Part shown: one piece after another, positions 26,856 to 37,323 of the stretch | How positions within the stretch are numbered: the first letter of the stretch is position 1 | Layout: each line of letters begins with the position of its first letter | IMG/VR virus record: IMGVR_UViG_3300037010_001702 | Span: 124,001-188,000 of that record | Direction: 5' to 3' (one strand) | Length of the DNA stretch: 64,000 bases | Position numbers and translations under genes: made by a program | Notes under the pieces: model-generated | Database searches by the model: none | What the model was told of the DNA's origin: nothing | What the model saw: only the letters and a program-made list of their open reading frames with translations

Positions 26856-28253
26856 ATGCTCATCCATCAACTAACTACAATCCAAGAAGCAAAGCTTAAG
26901 CATGAAACCGCTGCTCAGGCGTTCGCGCGCTATGAAAAGCTTAAGAAGTCTAATGCTGATCCAAAAATGCTAGCTAACGTTCTTAAGCTAGCTAATGATC
27001 AGATGGATTTTGAAATGAAAGCTAAGATGAAGAACCTGGATGCTAAGTATGCAGGTGAAGATTGGTGGGAAACTGTGAAGACGTTCTACAAGGTTGAGGA
27101 GCGCAATCATGAATGGGCTATCATCTCTGATGCCAGGGATTGGAAAGAGCAGAAGGAATGGGTTTATCCTACTAAGTACGAAGCTGACGAGCAGCTCATG
27201 AAGCTAATCGGCTACAAGATAGCTGACCGCAAGAAGGGACATGGTAGCGAGGATAAGGACTTTGAACGCGCGGAAGAGCTAAAGAAGCGACGTGACGTTA
27301 AGGAAGAGTATGCTGTTGGTGACATTGTGAAGGTTTGCCAGTCAGTCAAGGGCGCTGACGATGGGCTGTACGGTAAGTTCAACATCGAGAAAATTACCCC
27401 AACAACCATCATAGTCTATGATCACAAGACAAAAGAAACAATGAAGTTTAATGCTAAGAGCCTTCGCGGCATTGGAGCATCAGACCACCTTATGATCAAG
27501 GAGTCTGAAGAAGTTTCAAAGGAAAATTCATCGTCAGAGGAAAAGGAAGAGCGCTACGCTGATGACATCGCAAAGCGCCTACCAGCTGATCTTAAAACAG
27601 AAAAGGATATCCTAGAAGCCGGAAAGAAGATGGCTGAGAAGGACATAGGCCGCAACTCAGCTAACTACTATTTTGATTACGATGAGAACTTCACTAAGGA
27701 CCTTATCGACGCATATATGGCAGTTCACCCACTTGGAGCTCTCGGAACACAGAAGCAGGAATCCTATGGTCGCAGAGTGATGAGCAAGGTCTTGGAAGCT
27801 AAGAATGAAAAGTATTCTGTACTTGCTGGTGATTTTGCCGCCAACGAGCAAGCTCAAAAGGAGCTTGACGACTGTCTTAAGCACAAGCTCCATACTGTTA
27901 GCGAGCAAAAGTGTGCTATCAAAAAGAATGAAGGCCTGAAGGAAAGTTTCCTTCAGCTGGCAGTTAAGAAGCTGCTGTGCGGGCGCCTTGATGAGGCAGA
28001 ACAGTTTAAAGGTACTAATGTCTCCCATGAGCCAGATGGGGTGATGGTACTTGTTATGGGACCAGATGCTGATGCGCAAGATGATTACTATTATGGCATC
28101 AATGTTGTTTTTGGTAAGCCGGGAACTAAGCCTGATCTCGTAACATTCGATGCACTTGGTAACAAGCAAGTGCATAAGTATAAGGCACAAATTATCGCAG
28201 CTGCGGAAAAGTGCTTGGGCAAGAAAGATAAAGAACACTTAGCGAGCCTGTAA
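26856..28253 (+). CDS. Putative internal head protein (modular, multiple xxE sites)
   Basis: ATAAATA upstream; N-terminus MLIHQLTTIQEA; highly charged. Confidence 0.55.
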   Translation: MLIHQLTTIQEAKLKHETAAQAFARYEKLKKSNADPKMLANVLKLANDQMDFEMKAKMKNLDAKYAGEDWWETVKTFYKVEERNHEWAIISDARDWKEQKEWVYPTKYEADEQLMKLIGYKIADRKKGHGSEDKDFERAEELKKRRDVKEEYAVGDIVKVCQSVKGADDGLYGKFNIEKITPTTIIVYDHKTKETMKFNAKSLRGIGASDHLMIKESEEVSKENSSSEEKEERYADDIAKRLPADLKTEKDILEAGKKMAEKDIGRNSANYYFDYDENFTKDLIDAYMAVHPLGALGTQKQESYGRRVMSKVLEAKNEKYSVLAGDFAANEQAQKELDDCLKHKLHTVSEQKCAIKKNEGLKESFLQLAVKKLLCGRLDEAEQFKGTNVSHEPDGVMVLVMGPDADAQDDYYYGINVVFGKPGTKPDLVTFDALGNKQVHKYKAQIIAAAEKCLGKKDKEHLASL

Positions 28254-28254
28254 C

Positions 28255-28650
28255 ATGGAAGACTTTTACGTGCCCCTAACAATCCTCGTATCGTTTGTCT
28301 CGGGTATGTCAGCGCTACTTGGCGGATGGGTTCTAATACCGTTCATCTCCTACTACCAAGAGTACATCTGGATAAAGTATAACCATGAGATTGACAGTGG
28401 TGTTCTCGCGCATGGTTACATTACCGCCTGCGTGGCTATTGTATCAGGCTTAAATTTCTTCTACCGTATCTACTTCATTTATACAAATGGACATGACTTT
28501 GCAGCAATGGACTGGTTGCTTCCTAATCTCTTCACTGGGGTGTTCATGTTCCTAAGCAGCTACTTCCTGCTTTCACTTTACCGTGAGCGTCGTAGGATAG
28601 AAAAGATAGTAGCAGACCGCAATGATGACCAGCTTTCAGAAATGTTCTGA
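28255..28650 (+). CDS. Membrane protein (about 3 TM segments; holin candidate)
   Basis: Three hydrophobic stretches and a charged C-terminus. Confidence 0.5.
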   Translation: MEDFYVPLTILVSFVSGMSALLGGWVLIPFISYYQEYIWIKYNHEIDSGVLAHGYITACVAIVSGLNFFYRIYFIYTNGHDFAAMDWLLPNLFTGVFMFLSSYFLLSLYRERRRIEKIVADRNDDQLSEMF

Positions 28651-28693
28651 TTGAAGTTTTTATCAGCTTGTCACTGGTTTATAATCAATCAAC

Positions 28694-28963
28694 ATGATGA
28701 ACTTCCTAAGGCGCTTGCTCGCCAGAAAAATAACCATAAAGGATAACTATATGCAGCACTTCTCACAAGAATACCTTGACAAGCTAATCGCGGAACATAA
28801 GCTTGTTTCCGCCAGCATTGGCCGCCTTCAAGGAGTTGATTACAGCCGTCAGACCCGCAGTCACGGGGTTATGAGGGTTGACAACACATTGGCTGCAATG
28901 GCAACCCGCAAGATTGAACTTGAAGCCTACATCGATACTCTAAACGAACATCTTAACGGTTAA
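28694..28963 (+). CDS. Hypothetical protein
   Basis: ORF preceded by TATAAT at 28680; start may be at 28751 (AAGGA RBS). Confidence 0.55.
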   Translation: MMNFLRRLLARKITIKDNYMQHFSQEYLDKLIAEHKLVSASIGRLQGVDYSRQTRSHGVMRVDNTLAAMATRKIELEAYIDTLNEHLNG

Positions 28964-29177
28964 AGACAGCATCGTGATGACGCACTAGAATTGGTATCAG
29001 GGCACTCATTCCTGGCTTAATAACACCAGGTGCATTTATCTGCTTGTACTCTTCAATCATAGCGTCCATCTCTTGCTTTGAGATGTCAAAGAGGTTGTAC
29101 TTCTTGATCACGCCTGATACGGTATCTCCTGGCATGTAAAGGTGCCTCTTTGCTTTTGTACGATCGTTGATGCTCAT
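28953..29177 (-). CDS. Small LysM-like protein
   Basis: H.YMPGDTVSGVIKKY...IN..GVIKPGMSALIP pattern; GGAG RBS. Confidence 0.6.
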   Translation of the reverse strand: MSINDRTKAKRHLYMPGDTVSGVIKKYNLFDISKQEMDAMIEEYKQINAPGVIKPGMSALIPILVRHHDAVFNR

Positions 29178-29292
29178 GAATGTTCTCCACTGTTTCTTTA
29201 TTTACTTGAAGTGATCCTTTAAATCTGAAAGACACCGTAATCCTGTTAGATAGCATAAATATGTGATAACAATTCACATTGTCAGGATATCA

Positions 29293-31164
29293 ATGTCAGA
29301 TCAGCTTCAACTCTCAACGCACGAGCTTTGGAATGATGGTAGAGCTATGACTCTAACCGTCATTAAGACAAACCCAACCACGCTTAGAATTTCCTGGGAC
29401 CTACCTGTTAATTCAGCAACCTATGCTGGCGCGGTAGTTCTTCTGTCAGAAGAGCGTTTTTCTGCTGTCAACTTTCCAACAGATGGTACCCGCTACATTG
29501 CATCATCAAACTGGGCAGCCCCTGCTGATAAGATCGACACAGCTCAAGTCGTTGCCGCCTTCTACGGTTTCTTCGGTGACAATATTCAACAGACGTACGT
29601 TGATGTTACTAATGTAGACCCAAATAAGATCTACTTCGCTTCGATCCATGCTGCCTCAAACATTCTTCAATACTACACGCTTGGTCAGCAATCATACCCA
29701 CTTGACTCAAACAGCGTTATTGAGAAGTCTTCTAACTCCTACGCGGGTTCGATCCCTTCTGCCATCCTCCCTCCAGACAATCCAGTCAACGGTCAAATCT
29801 ATTTTGACCCAACAGCTAACAGTGTGCTGGTATGGAATGATCAGATGTCAGCTTGGATTAAGAGTAATCAAGCTACAGTTCCAATCGGTGATTCCCTTCC
29901 AATTGAGAAGAGCATGCTGTTCTTCAACAGCATCGATCAACACCTTAAATACTTTGATGGTACGCAGTGGGTCATCTGTGACCCAACCAACACCCTTGTA
30001 AAGCTTGGAGCTGCATGGGCTCCATTCAACAGCATTGCGAGCGTTTCATCTCTTCCTACTTCAGCTGTCACTGGCGACTTTGCCTATTTATCCATCCAGG
30101 CAGTCATAGCAGCACCCGCCACCTACTCGCTTAAGTTCTACAGTCTTGGGCAGTGGTTTGATCCTTCACCTGACTTGGTTCACGTTTTCGCTGGTGGTAG
30201 CTTTGTAAGCATTGCCCAGTCTAACCTGATTGGTGGTACGTTTGACCCATACATACCGCAGATCGGTGACTTCTTCTACAATACCTCCACTTCATCCTTA
30301 ATGGTTTGGGTTGGAACGGGATGGTCTCGCGCAGACACATCTAGCGCTGGCACCCCGATCTCTGATAAGGTCGGAGTAGGTACAGACGGCTCATATGCCG
30401 AGCGTCTTCGCCTAATCAAGATTTTGAAGAACCAGCTTGGATGGCCAGCTGTCTGTAACGAGCTAAATGAAGATCACTTTAACGTTGCTATTGACAACGC
30501 GCTTGATGAATTCCGCCGTAGGGCCGACAATGCATACAGTCACCGTCACGTGTCTTACACGCTTAAGCGCGGTCAGACACTGTACTATCTAAATGATCCG
30601 CGTGACAAGACTGACAAGATCGTGAACGTGTTGAAGGTTCACCGGATTGGCCAGCTTGGCATTAGCTCCATCTCAGCTGAAAATGGTTTGTATGCTCAAG
30701 CATTCTTCAACCAGCTTTACCAGGGTTCGAACGTTGACATCCTTTCAATTCACTTGATGGCTCAGCTAGCTGAATCCTATGAGAAGATTTTCGCTGGTAA
30801 CATTGTCTTTACGTGGGATGAAGCTACTCGTCAGCTTCTTATCCTTCGCAACCTTAACCAGGAACAGGAACGCGTTGTACTTGAAGTCGTAATGGAACGT
30901 ACAGAGCAGGAACTTCTTCTTGATCGTTGGGCTAAGCAGTGGCTCCAAGGATGGGCACAGTCTGAACTTTGGGAAATGCTTGGCGAGATTCGTTCCAAGT
31001 ACACGAGCTCTCTTCCAGGTGCAAATGGTGGCATCACCTTGAATGGTGAAAGCCTGCTTCAGCGCTCCACCGAACAACAGACAGAGCTTCTTCGACAGAT
31101 CACCGACTATGAAGTTGGTAATGGTGGTCTTAATTTTGGTAACGCGGCACTTTTCTTTGGCTAG
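29293..31164 (+). CDS. gp13: Neck protein gp13-like with N-terminal extension
   Basis: C-terminal QLGWPAVCNEL...LGEIRSKY..LPGANGGITLNG; CATAAATA at 29254. Confidence 0.8.
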   Translation: MSDQLQLSTHELWNDGRAMTLTVIKTNPTTLRISWDLPVNSATYAGAVVLLSEERFSAVNFPTDGTRYIASSNWAAPADKIDTAQVVAAFYGFFGDNIQQTYVDVTNVDPNKIYFASIHAASNILQYYTLGQQSYPLDSNSVIEKSSNSYAGSIPSAILPPDNPVNGQIYFDPTANSVLVWNDQMSAWIKSNQATVPIGDSLPIEKSMLFFNSIDQHLKYFDGTQWVICDPTNTLVKLGAAWAPFNSIASVSSLPTSAVTGDFAYLSIQAVIAAPATYSLKFYSLGQWFDPSPDLVHVFAGGSFVSIAQSNLIGGTFDPYIPQIGDFFYNTSTSSLMVWVGTGWSRADTSSAGTPISDKVGVGTDGSYAERLRLIKILKNQLGWPAVCNELNEDHFNVAIDNALDEFRRRADNAYSHRHVSYTLKRGQTLYYLNDPRDKTDKIVNVLKVHRIGQLGISSISAENGLYAQAFFNQLYQGSNVDILSIHLMAQLAESYEKIFAGNIVFTWDEATRQLLILRNLNQEQERVVLEVVMERTEQELLLDRWAKQWLQGWAQSELWEMLGEIRSKYTSSLPGANGGITLNGESLLQRSTEQQTELLRQITDYEVGNGGLNFGNAALFFG

Positions 31165-31209
31165 GGCACATTTTTGCAATGTTCTATAAAAATTTCACAA
31201 GGAGAAATT

Positions 31210-31910
31210 ATGAATAGAGCTGAACAGAGAAAATATCATGCAATTTATAAAACGACGTGCATTGTCGCCAAGAAGTTTTATTTGGGCATGCACTCGACAG
31301 ATAATTTAGATGGTGGGTATTTAGGAAGTGGTTCAATTCTATCACGTTCAATAAAGAAACACGGTAGAGAGAAACATTTTATTGAAATTCTAATAAATCC
31401 TGAACTTAGATCAGACCTTATGTGTATGAATATTAGAAGCGGTGGGACGGGAAATCAGCACGGCTCTTCTCTAAAAGAAGAGACAAAGATAAAAGTTTCT
31501 GAAGGATTGAAAAAACGTGGGCACAAAGATTGGCAGATGGCTATATAGCTCCCAAACAATCTCCAGAACAGATCACAAACAGAGTTGCTAAGAATACTGG
31601 ACAGAAACGTAGCAAAGAAGTGAGACAGAAGATGCGGACTGCTCAGAAAGAAGTTAAAGCTAGATTAGCTAATGATGAAGAGTACAAAACAAAACTTTCC
31701 AAGATCACCAGTAATAGTCTAAATAATAGATCAGATGAAGAAAAAGAAAATCATCGTAAGAAGCTGTCAGCAGCAAAGAAAAAGGCACCTATGAGTTTGG
31801 AAACTAGAGCACAAATAGCTCTTTCAAATAAAGCAAAAATTGGAATGATACGTTCACAGGATTCCTGTGAACGTATGCGTCAAGCTGCTCTAAACAGAAA
31901 GGCCGCATAA
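31210..31910 (+). pseudogene. Decayed GIY-YIG (Seg-like) homing endonuclease
   Basis: AIYKTT..KFYLGMHST..GYLGSG. The segment after FIEIL that normally carries the catalytic Glu appears deleted; frameshift at about 31530-31548 into a NUMOD3 tail. Confidence 0.8.
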
Positions 31911-31911
31911 T

Positions 31912-33816
31912 ATGCCCCAGACATTACCTTGCGAAAATGGCGCTGGAAGTATTAACAATCCAGATGGTTCTCGCGCACAGACGGGATTAAACACCTCCGC
32001 GCTAGCAACATACGCAGCTCCTACTTTAGACTCTGGCACCTGGCAGATTTCTGGTTTAACCCAAGACGTCTGTGCTGCTAATGATCAGACACGCCAGGAG
32101 ACATACGTAGCTGAACAGCTCAACATCTCTGGAGCTCCAATCAATCTCTTCAAGATGCTTGGTGTCCACGAGCAGGGTAATGGTTCAGTTCTCAGTCAAG
32201 GAAGCTTGTTCTCGTCAACGTCCTACCCTGGCTATCCTCTGTCAGGTATTAATTCGGGTTCCTCATCTTGGAAATCATCTCAGGTGGGAAGTGCTATCGC
32301 CGGCTTTGCCTACATTGGTATTGACTTTGGCGTAAAGACAGTTTACAGTGGTGAGTCAGAATATGACCCACAAAAGTCAAAGTGGACCAGCATTGGTTCA
32401 ATTAGCATCACACAGGCAAATACTCCTAATGAGTATGCTCGCCAAGTAAAGGTTGAAATTTCAGATGGTTCATGTGAGGCAACTTCTCCTATCTTTACTG
32501 GAACTGGTGATGGCACGATAGCTATTACCGTCCTTGGTCCTAACGTAAGTCAGGGAATGGTCAGAGCTATCGCAACCTCTCCTACTTCATTTTCTGTATC
32601 TACCACTCTTGCAAATGGTTCTATCTTGAACCTTGGAGTAGCTACCATAGGTTCACCTTTCCAAACAACCTATGCATCATTTACAATCAATCAAGGCGTT
32701 ACTAGCTTCGCTTCTGGCGATATGTTTAGCTTCCAGATCAACTACGTTTGGAAGCGCCTTGGTATGTACAACCTTATTCAATCACCGCTTCCACAGACGT
32801 TGAACTTCAAGCACGTAGTGACGACAAGAGCTGTTAGAGTTACGCCTACAATGTTTACTGGTAGCGGTAGCTGGGAAGTTATTTCCTTTGACATTACCGA
32901 CACTGTTCCGACGGACATCAACAACATTCAAGACCTGTTCTTCAATGAGAACCGCGATCGTGACTACGCTCTCGAACCAACCTTCATGAAGGCGATGTAC
33001 TCTCCTGCTGACTCAATGTCTGACTTGAGCCGCTTTGGTTTGTCCATCCTTGACTCATACTCATTCACGGTCTCCTTTGCTACAATGGTCTCATTGATAG
33101 GTAGACCTATCGTTGTCGGTGACATTGTTGAGGTTATTCCTGAGCTTCAGTACGACCAAAATCTTCGTCCAGTTAGAAAGTTCCTTGAAGTTACAGACAC
33201 TGGTTGGGCATCAGAAGGATTCAGCACGTCGTGGAGACCAACTGTCTATCGCTTTTCTGCTGCTCAAGCTCTCCCATCTCAAGAGACACGCGACATCTTT
33301 GGAACAATTGATACTCAGAAGTACCTTGTTGCTGATTCCATTCTTTCAGATGGAATTGGTGAGCAGATAGATGACACACCGCTCACACAAACAGAAGAGA
33401 TTATTACTGCCGCTGCTAACAAGGTTCCAGAAACTGGTTCCGCAGATGGTAGAGAGCTTGATGCTGTCAAGCTTCACCCTATCATGCCACCATCAAATGC
33501 AAAAGGTCAGCCACCTGCTGCTGGTTCAAGCGCTAAGCCTAATCTCTACATCGAAGATGGCCTTCCAAAAGATGGTCAACCATTCACCGAGGGATACAAG
33601 CTGCCAGACGTTACAACGGCAACCGATGGTGAGTACTACCGTCTTAACTATCCAGCGCATCTTAAGCTACCACCACGCCTTTACCGCTTCTCAATGGTAA
33701 AGAACCGCTGGTTGTACCTTGAGACTGATCGTCGTGGTGACTACAGCTCGCATAAGCCATCTGTACGAAACATTCTTCAGTCACCTACTAACCAAGCTCT
33801 TAGCACTAAAGTATGA
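31912..33816 (+). CDS. gp14: Neck/head closure protein gp14-like with inserted domains
   Basis: IQDLFFNENRDRDY, DLSRFG, GRPIVVGDIVE, GWASEGFS..W.P. Confidence 0.75.
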   Translation: MPQTLPCENGAGSINNPDGSRAQTGLNTSALATYAAPTLDSGTWQISGLTQDVCAANDQTRQETYVAEQLNISGAPINLFKMLGVHEQGNGSVLSQGSLFSSTSYPGYPLSGINSGSSSWKSSQVGSAIAGFAYIGIDFGVKTVYSGESEYDPQKSKWTSIGSISITQANTPNEYARQVKVEISDGSCEATSPIFTGTGDGTIAITVLGPNVSQGMVRAIATSPTSFSVSTTLANGSILNLGVATIGSPFQTTYASFTINQGVTSFASGDMFSFQINYVWKRLGMYNLIQSPLPQTLNFKHVVTTRAVRVTPTMFTGSGSWEVISFDITDTVPTDINNIQDLFFNENRDRDYALEPTFMKAMYSPADSMSDLSRFGLSILDSYSFTVSFATMVSLIGRPIVVGDIVEVIPELQYDQNLRPVRKFLEVTDTGWASEGFSTSWRPTVYRFSAAQALPSQETRDIFGTIDTQKYLVADSILSDGIGEQIDDTPLTQTEEIITAAANKVPETGSADGRELDAVKLHPIMPPSNAKGQPPAAGSSAKPNLYIEDGLPKDGQPFTEGYKLPDVTTATDGEYYRLNYPAHLKLPPRLYRFSMVKNRWLYLETDRRGDYSSHKPSVRNILQSPTNQALSTKV

Positions 33817-34223
33817 TAATCTTTAAAAATTTCCTAAACGAAGCCACGAAGGTAGTTGAACCTTCGTGGGTAGATGACTATGCGTTAGGTTATGCTCATC
33901 TAAGGGACATTCAGCGATGCCTGTCTGAAAAGAACATTATGCAACAGCTCTTCGTGCCAAAGCACCGTGATCCAAAGCTGATGAAGAAAAGAGCTGATGG
34001 CACACTGTGGCGAGATATAAAGCTCGAGATTCCTGATGAGCTTAAAGAAGCTTCTATTCCAGTTTCAACGAGCTTCAGAGAAACTCCACCAGGTGATAGC
34101 AAACCAGCTCACGCATTCTGGACCTCTACAGCCATCAAACTGAAGGATGGAACGTACACTTGTGATACTACAAACCTTACGGAACAAGATAAAACAAACT
34201 TTAAACGAGCATACGGAATATGA
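33813..34223 (+). CDS. Capsid-targeting-signal protein, possibly internally deleted
   Basis: N-terminus MIIFKNFLNEA; KPAHAFWTST motif followed by an abrupt end. Confidence 0.5.
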   Translation: MIIFKNFLNEATKVVEPSWVDDYALGYAHLRDIQRCLSEKNIMQQLFVPKHRDPKLMKKRADGTLWRDIKLEIPDELKEASIPVSTSFRETPPGDSKPAHAFWTSTAIKLKDGTYTCDTTNLTEQDKTNFKRAYGI

Positions 34224-34966
34224 TCACCAGCTACTTTTACGAAGGTCAACTTCGTTCCTACCTCCTTCAGTTCTGCAACATCTTCGCAGGTCTTACTGTA
34301 AAGACAGGTAAGGGCGAGTGTGCTGAAGAAGAGTTCATTTCCGTTCCTATTGCCATTGGAAGCAGGGATAGGGTAGTTGCGGCTATTCAGGCTGGTAACA
34401 CGCAGAACAAACCATTCACGGTGCCGTCAATGGTTGCTAATATGGCTGGTCTTGAAATCTCATCGCAGCGCAAGGGTATCGGCGTAGTCGATCGTAGAAC
34501 ATTTCTACCTGCTGGTGGTGTCTATCCTGCTGACCTGAAGACTGTTACTCGTGTTATGCCTATCCCATACATCATGACAACAGAGCTTGCTATAATTGCA
34601 TCTAACACGCAGCAAATGCACCAAATTTTGGAGCAGCTTCTTGTTCTGTTTGATCCCATTCTTCAGATCCAAACCTCTGACGCTGCTCTTGACTGGACGA
34701 AGATAGCCTCAGTTGAGCTCACTGGAATCAACAATGAGGAAAACTATCCTCCTGGTGGTGAACGCCGTCTTCTCATGTGGACACTTACCTTTGCGACAAA
34801 CATCTGGCTTTCAGCCCCAGTTGATATGAAGGATGATGTGGTTCGAAAAATTACGCTTAGAATCGGTGACCTGTCAAGCTTCCAGATCAACGAGTACGAT
34901 GACGAGGGTAACCTTGTTCCCTTCACCAACGGTCCAGAGTATGGAACAATCGATATAACAGGTTAA
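34220..34966 (+). CDS. gp15: Tail sheath stabiliser/terminator gp15
   Basis: YFY..QLRSYLLQF.NIF, VPI, MPIPY, QILEQLLVLF.P. Confidence 0.85.
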   Translation: MITSYFYEGQLRSYLLQFCNIFAGLTVKTGKGECAEEEFISVPIAIGSRDRVVAAIQAGNTQNKPFTVPSMVANMAGLEISSQRKGIGVVDRRTFLPAGGVYPADLKTVTRVMPIPYIMTTELAIIASNTQQMHQILEQLLVLFDPILQIQTSDAALDWTKIASVELTGINNEENYPPGGERRLLMWTLTFATNIWLSAPVDMKDDVVRKITLRIGDLSSFQINEYDDEGNLVPFTNGPEYGTIDITG

Positions 34967-35084
34967 AAGAAGCTGTTGTTCTGGCCCCGAAACCTGGAAA
35001 GAACATAAATACATAGTCACAAACGCAAATGCAGCTCAACAACCCAAGATGCATTAAAAGAGATATATTAAGGAGATATTAAAT

Positions 35085-36926
35085 ATGGCAACCCTTGTTT
35101 CCCCAGGCGTGTCAGTTACAGTTATCGATGAATCATTCTTCATCCCAGCAGCGGCATCAACAGTTCCATTGTTCTTCGTTGCAACTGAAAAGAATAAAGT
35201 TCAACCAAATGGTCTTACTATTGCATCGGGTACTACAGAGCACTCGGTTGTTCGTACAGTAACCTCTATTGGTCAGAGCACGCAGCTTTATGGTATTCCA
35301 TCGTTCAGAGCTGATTCTGCCGGTAACCAATTCCATGGCGATGCTCGTAATGAGTACGGGCTTTTTGCTCTTAACCAGTTCCTTGGTTTGGCAAATCGCG
35401 CTTACGTTGTTCGCGCAAACGTCGACTTGACAGATGCTGCAGAAACGTTTATTGCAGTTGGTATCCCGCACGCTGGTCCAACTACTCGTGTGGGTGCTGG
35501 CAATGGTATCATGACTGGCGCTGATGTATCATCCAGCCAAGTTAAGCCTGAAACAATCAACGTGGTGTTCACAAGCCCAACTGGTTACACCGTAACTGGT
35601 TCTGACACTGGCATCATTGGTACTGGTACTGTTAACACCTTATTCACGTCTTCAAAGGTTACGTTCACAATTACTTCTGGTTCAGTTGCCTTTACAGCAG
35701 ATGACTACTTTACCTTCGACATCGTTTATACGCCAAACAGCTTCACCGGAACTGGCAATGGTACGATGACTGGCTTAGTAGCTGACGTTAACGCTACAGT
35801 TGAAACATGGGTTATCACTTTTACCAGTGCAACAACCTTCTCAGTAACAGGTACAGTATCTGGTCCATCTATCATGGGTCAAGTTGGTGTTCCTTATGAC
35901 AACAACTTCATTAACTTCTTGATTAGTGCTGGAACAGTTCCATTTGTTGCCGGAGATGATTTCACCGTTTCACTTGTGATGGTTAACCTTACGGCTCCTC
36001 TTGGTGCTAATGATGCTGCTAAGAGAGTTGCTATCGCTACAGCGCTGGCTGCTGAAATTAACAGCAACCAAGAAGTACGTTCTGAAATTTATGAGTATAA
36101 CTTGATCCTTGCCCCAGGTTACCCAGAAGTTGTTAATGAACTTGTAGCTCTTTCAAACTCCATCAATGATGAAGCGTTTGTTATTGCTGATGTTCCTCTC
36201 AATAAGACTCCTGAACAAGCTGCTACATGGGCACTTACTACAGAACGCGTTACATCATCTAATGCAGCTTACTACTACCTATGGGGCATGGCATCTAATC
36301 TTGATGGTACAAATATTGTTGTTGCTCCATCCGGGATTGCAGTTCGCACCTACGCATACAGCGACAATCAGGCATATGTTTGGTTTGCTCCAGCTGGTGT
36401 CCGCCGTGGTTCAGTTACTGGTGTTACTTCTGTTGGATACGTTTCAGGAACTCTTGGAACAGCTACAACATTCATTGAGACCAACCTTAACCAAGGTCAG
36501 CGTGATAACTTGTACGAGTACTTCAAGAACATCAACCCAATTGTATTCTTCCCAGGAAACGGTTTGATTGTTTGGGGCCAGAAGACTTCCTATGGTGCAG
36601 CTTCCGCTCTTGATCGTGTTAATGTAATGCGCTTGCTTATGTACATCAAGAGAGCTCTTCGCAAGGGTGCTTTCCCATTCGTCTTCGAACCTAACGACAA
36701 GATCACTCGCGACAACCTTAAGTCAGTCGCTGATGGATTCTTGAATGACATCATGGCTAAGCATGGCTTGTATGACTTCGTAACTCTTTGCGACGAATCA
36801 AACAACACTCCAACAGTGATCGACAATAACCAGCTGATTATGGACGTTGCTCTTAAGCCAATGGATGCAGCTGAATTTATCTACATTCCAATCCGCGTTC
36901 TTTCTACTGGCGCTTCAATGCCTTAA
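35085..36926 (+). CDS. gp18: Tail sheath protein gp18
   Basis: LVSPGVSVTVIDES, WFAPAG.RRG, INPI..FPG.G..VWGQKT, ALDRVNV.RL, CDESNNT; CATAAATA at 35004. Confidence 0.96.
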   Translation: MATLVSPGVSVTVIDESFFIPAAASTVPLFFVATEKNKVQPNGLTIASGTTEHSVVRTVTSIGQSTQLYGIPSFRADSAGNQFHGDARNEYGLFALNQFLGLANRAYVVRANVDLTDAAETFIAVGIPHAGPTTRVGAGNGIMTGADVSSSQVKPETINVVFTSPTGYTVTGSDTGIIGTGTVNTLFTSSKVTFTITSGSVAFTADDYFTFDIVYTPNSFTGTGNGTMTGLVADVNATVETWVITFTSATTFSVTGTVSGPSIMGQVGVPYDNNFINFLISAGTVPFVAGDDFTVSLVMVNLTAPLGANDAAKRVAIATALAAEINSNQEVRSEIYEYNLILAPGYPEVVNELVALSNSINDEAFVIADVPLNKTPEQAATWALTTERVTSSNAAYYYLWGMASNLDGTNIVVAPSGIAVRTYAYSDNQAYVWFAPAGVRRGSVTGVTSVGYVSGTLGTATTFIETNLNQGQRDNLYEYFKNINPIVFFPGNGLIVWGQKTSYGAASALDRVNVMRLLMYIKRALRKGAFPFVFEPNDKITRDNLKSVADGFLNDIMAKHGLYDFVTLCDESNNTPTVIDNNQLIMDVALKPMDAAEFIYIPIRVLSTGASMP

Positions 36927-36931
36927 TAGAG

Positions 36932-36959
36932 GGGGGGAGGACCTTAAGGTCCTCCCCCC
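36932..36959. repeat. Perfect 28-bp palindrome after gp18
   Basis: GGGGGGAGGACCTT/AAGGTCCTCCCCCC; no U-tract. Confidence 0.85.
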
Positions 36960-36966
36960 AAATCCT

Positions 36967-37323
36967 ATGGAAAATCTTATAGCACAACTATTTGCAGCTC
37001 GTGATCTAGCACATATGCTTCATCTTCGCACGCGTTCTTTTGCACAGCATTTAGCTCTAAATGATTTGTATGAAGGCTTGCTTGAGGGTGCTGACACTGT
37101 TGCTGAACTTTACCAAGGCAAGTATGGTATTCTAAATATCCCAGCGACGACTGCACTCGTGTTTCAAACACAAGATGCACAGACATTTATTCGTGAACTA
37201 GCTATATGGGCAGAATCTTCACGCTCAGTATTTAATCCAGCAGACACTAATCTCTTAAATGAATGGGATAATGTTCTTTCTATTATCTACCGTGCAAAAT
37301 ATAAATTAGAAAACTTGACATGA
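36967..37323 (+). CDS. Ferritin/Dps-like four-helix protein (DUF5856-like)
   Basis: AHMLHLRTRSFAQHLALNDLYE..D.VAE.YQG.YG, YKLENL. Confidence 0.75.
   Translation: MENLIAQLFAARDLAHMLHLRTRSFAQHLALNDLYEGLLEGADTVAELYQGKYGILNIPATTALVFQTQDAQTFIRELAIWAESSRSVFNPADTNLLNEWDNVLSIIYRAKYKLENLT

Noticed and set aside
25330-27412. Antisense and alternate-frame ORFs over gp23 and other long genes
   Set aside because: Expected by-products of codon bias; no RBS or motif support.
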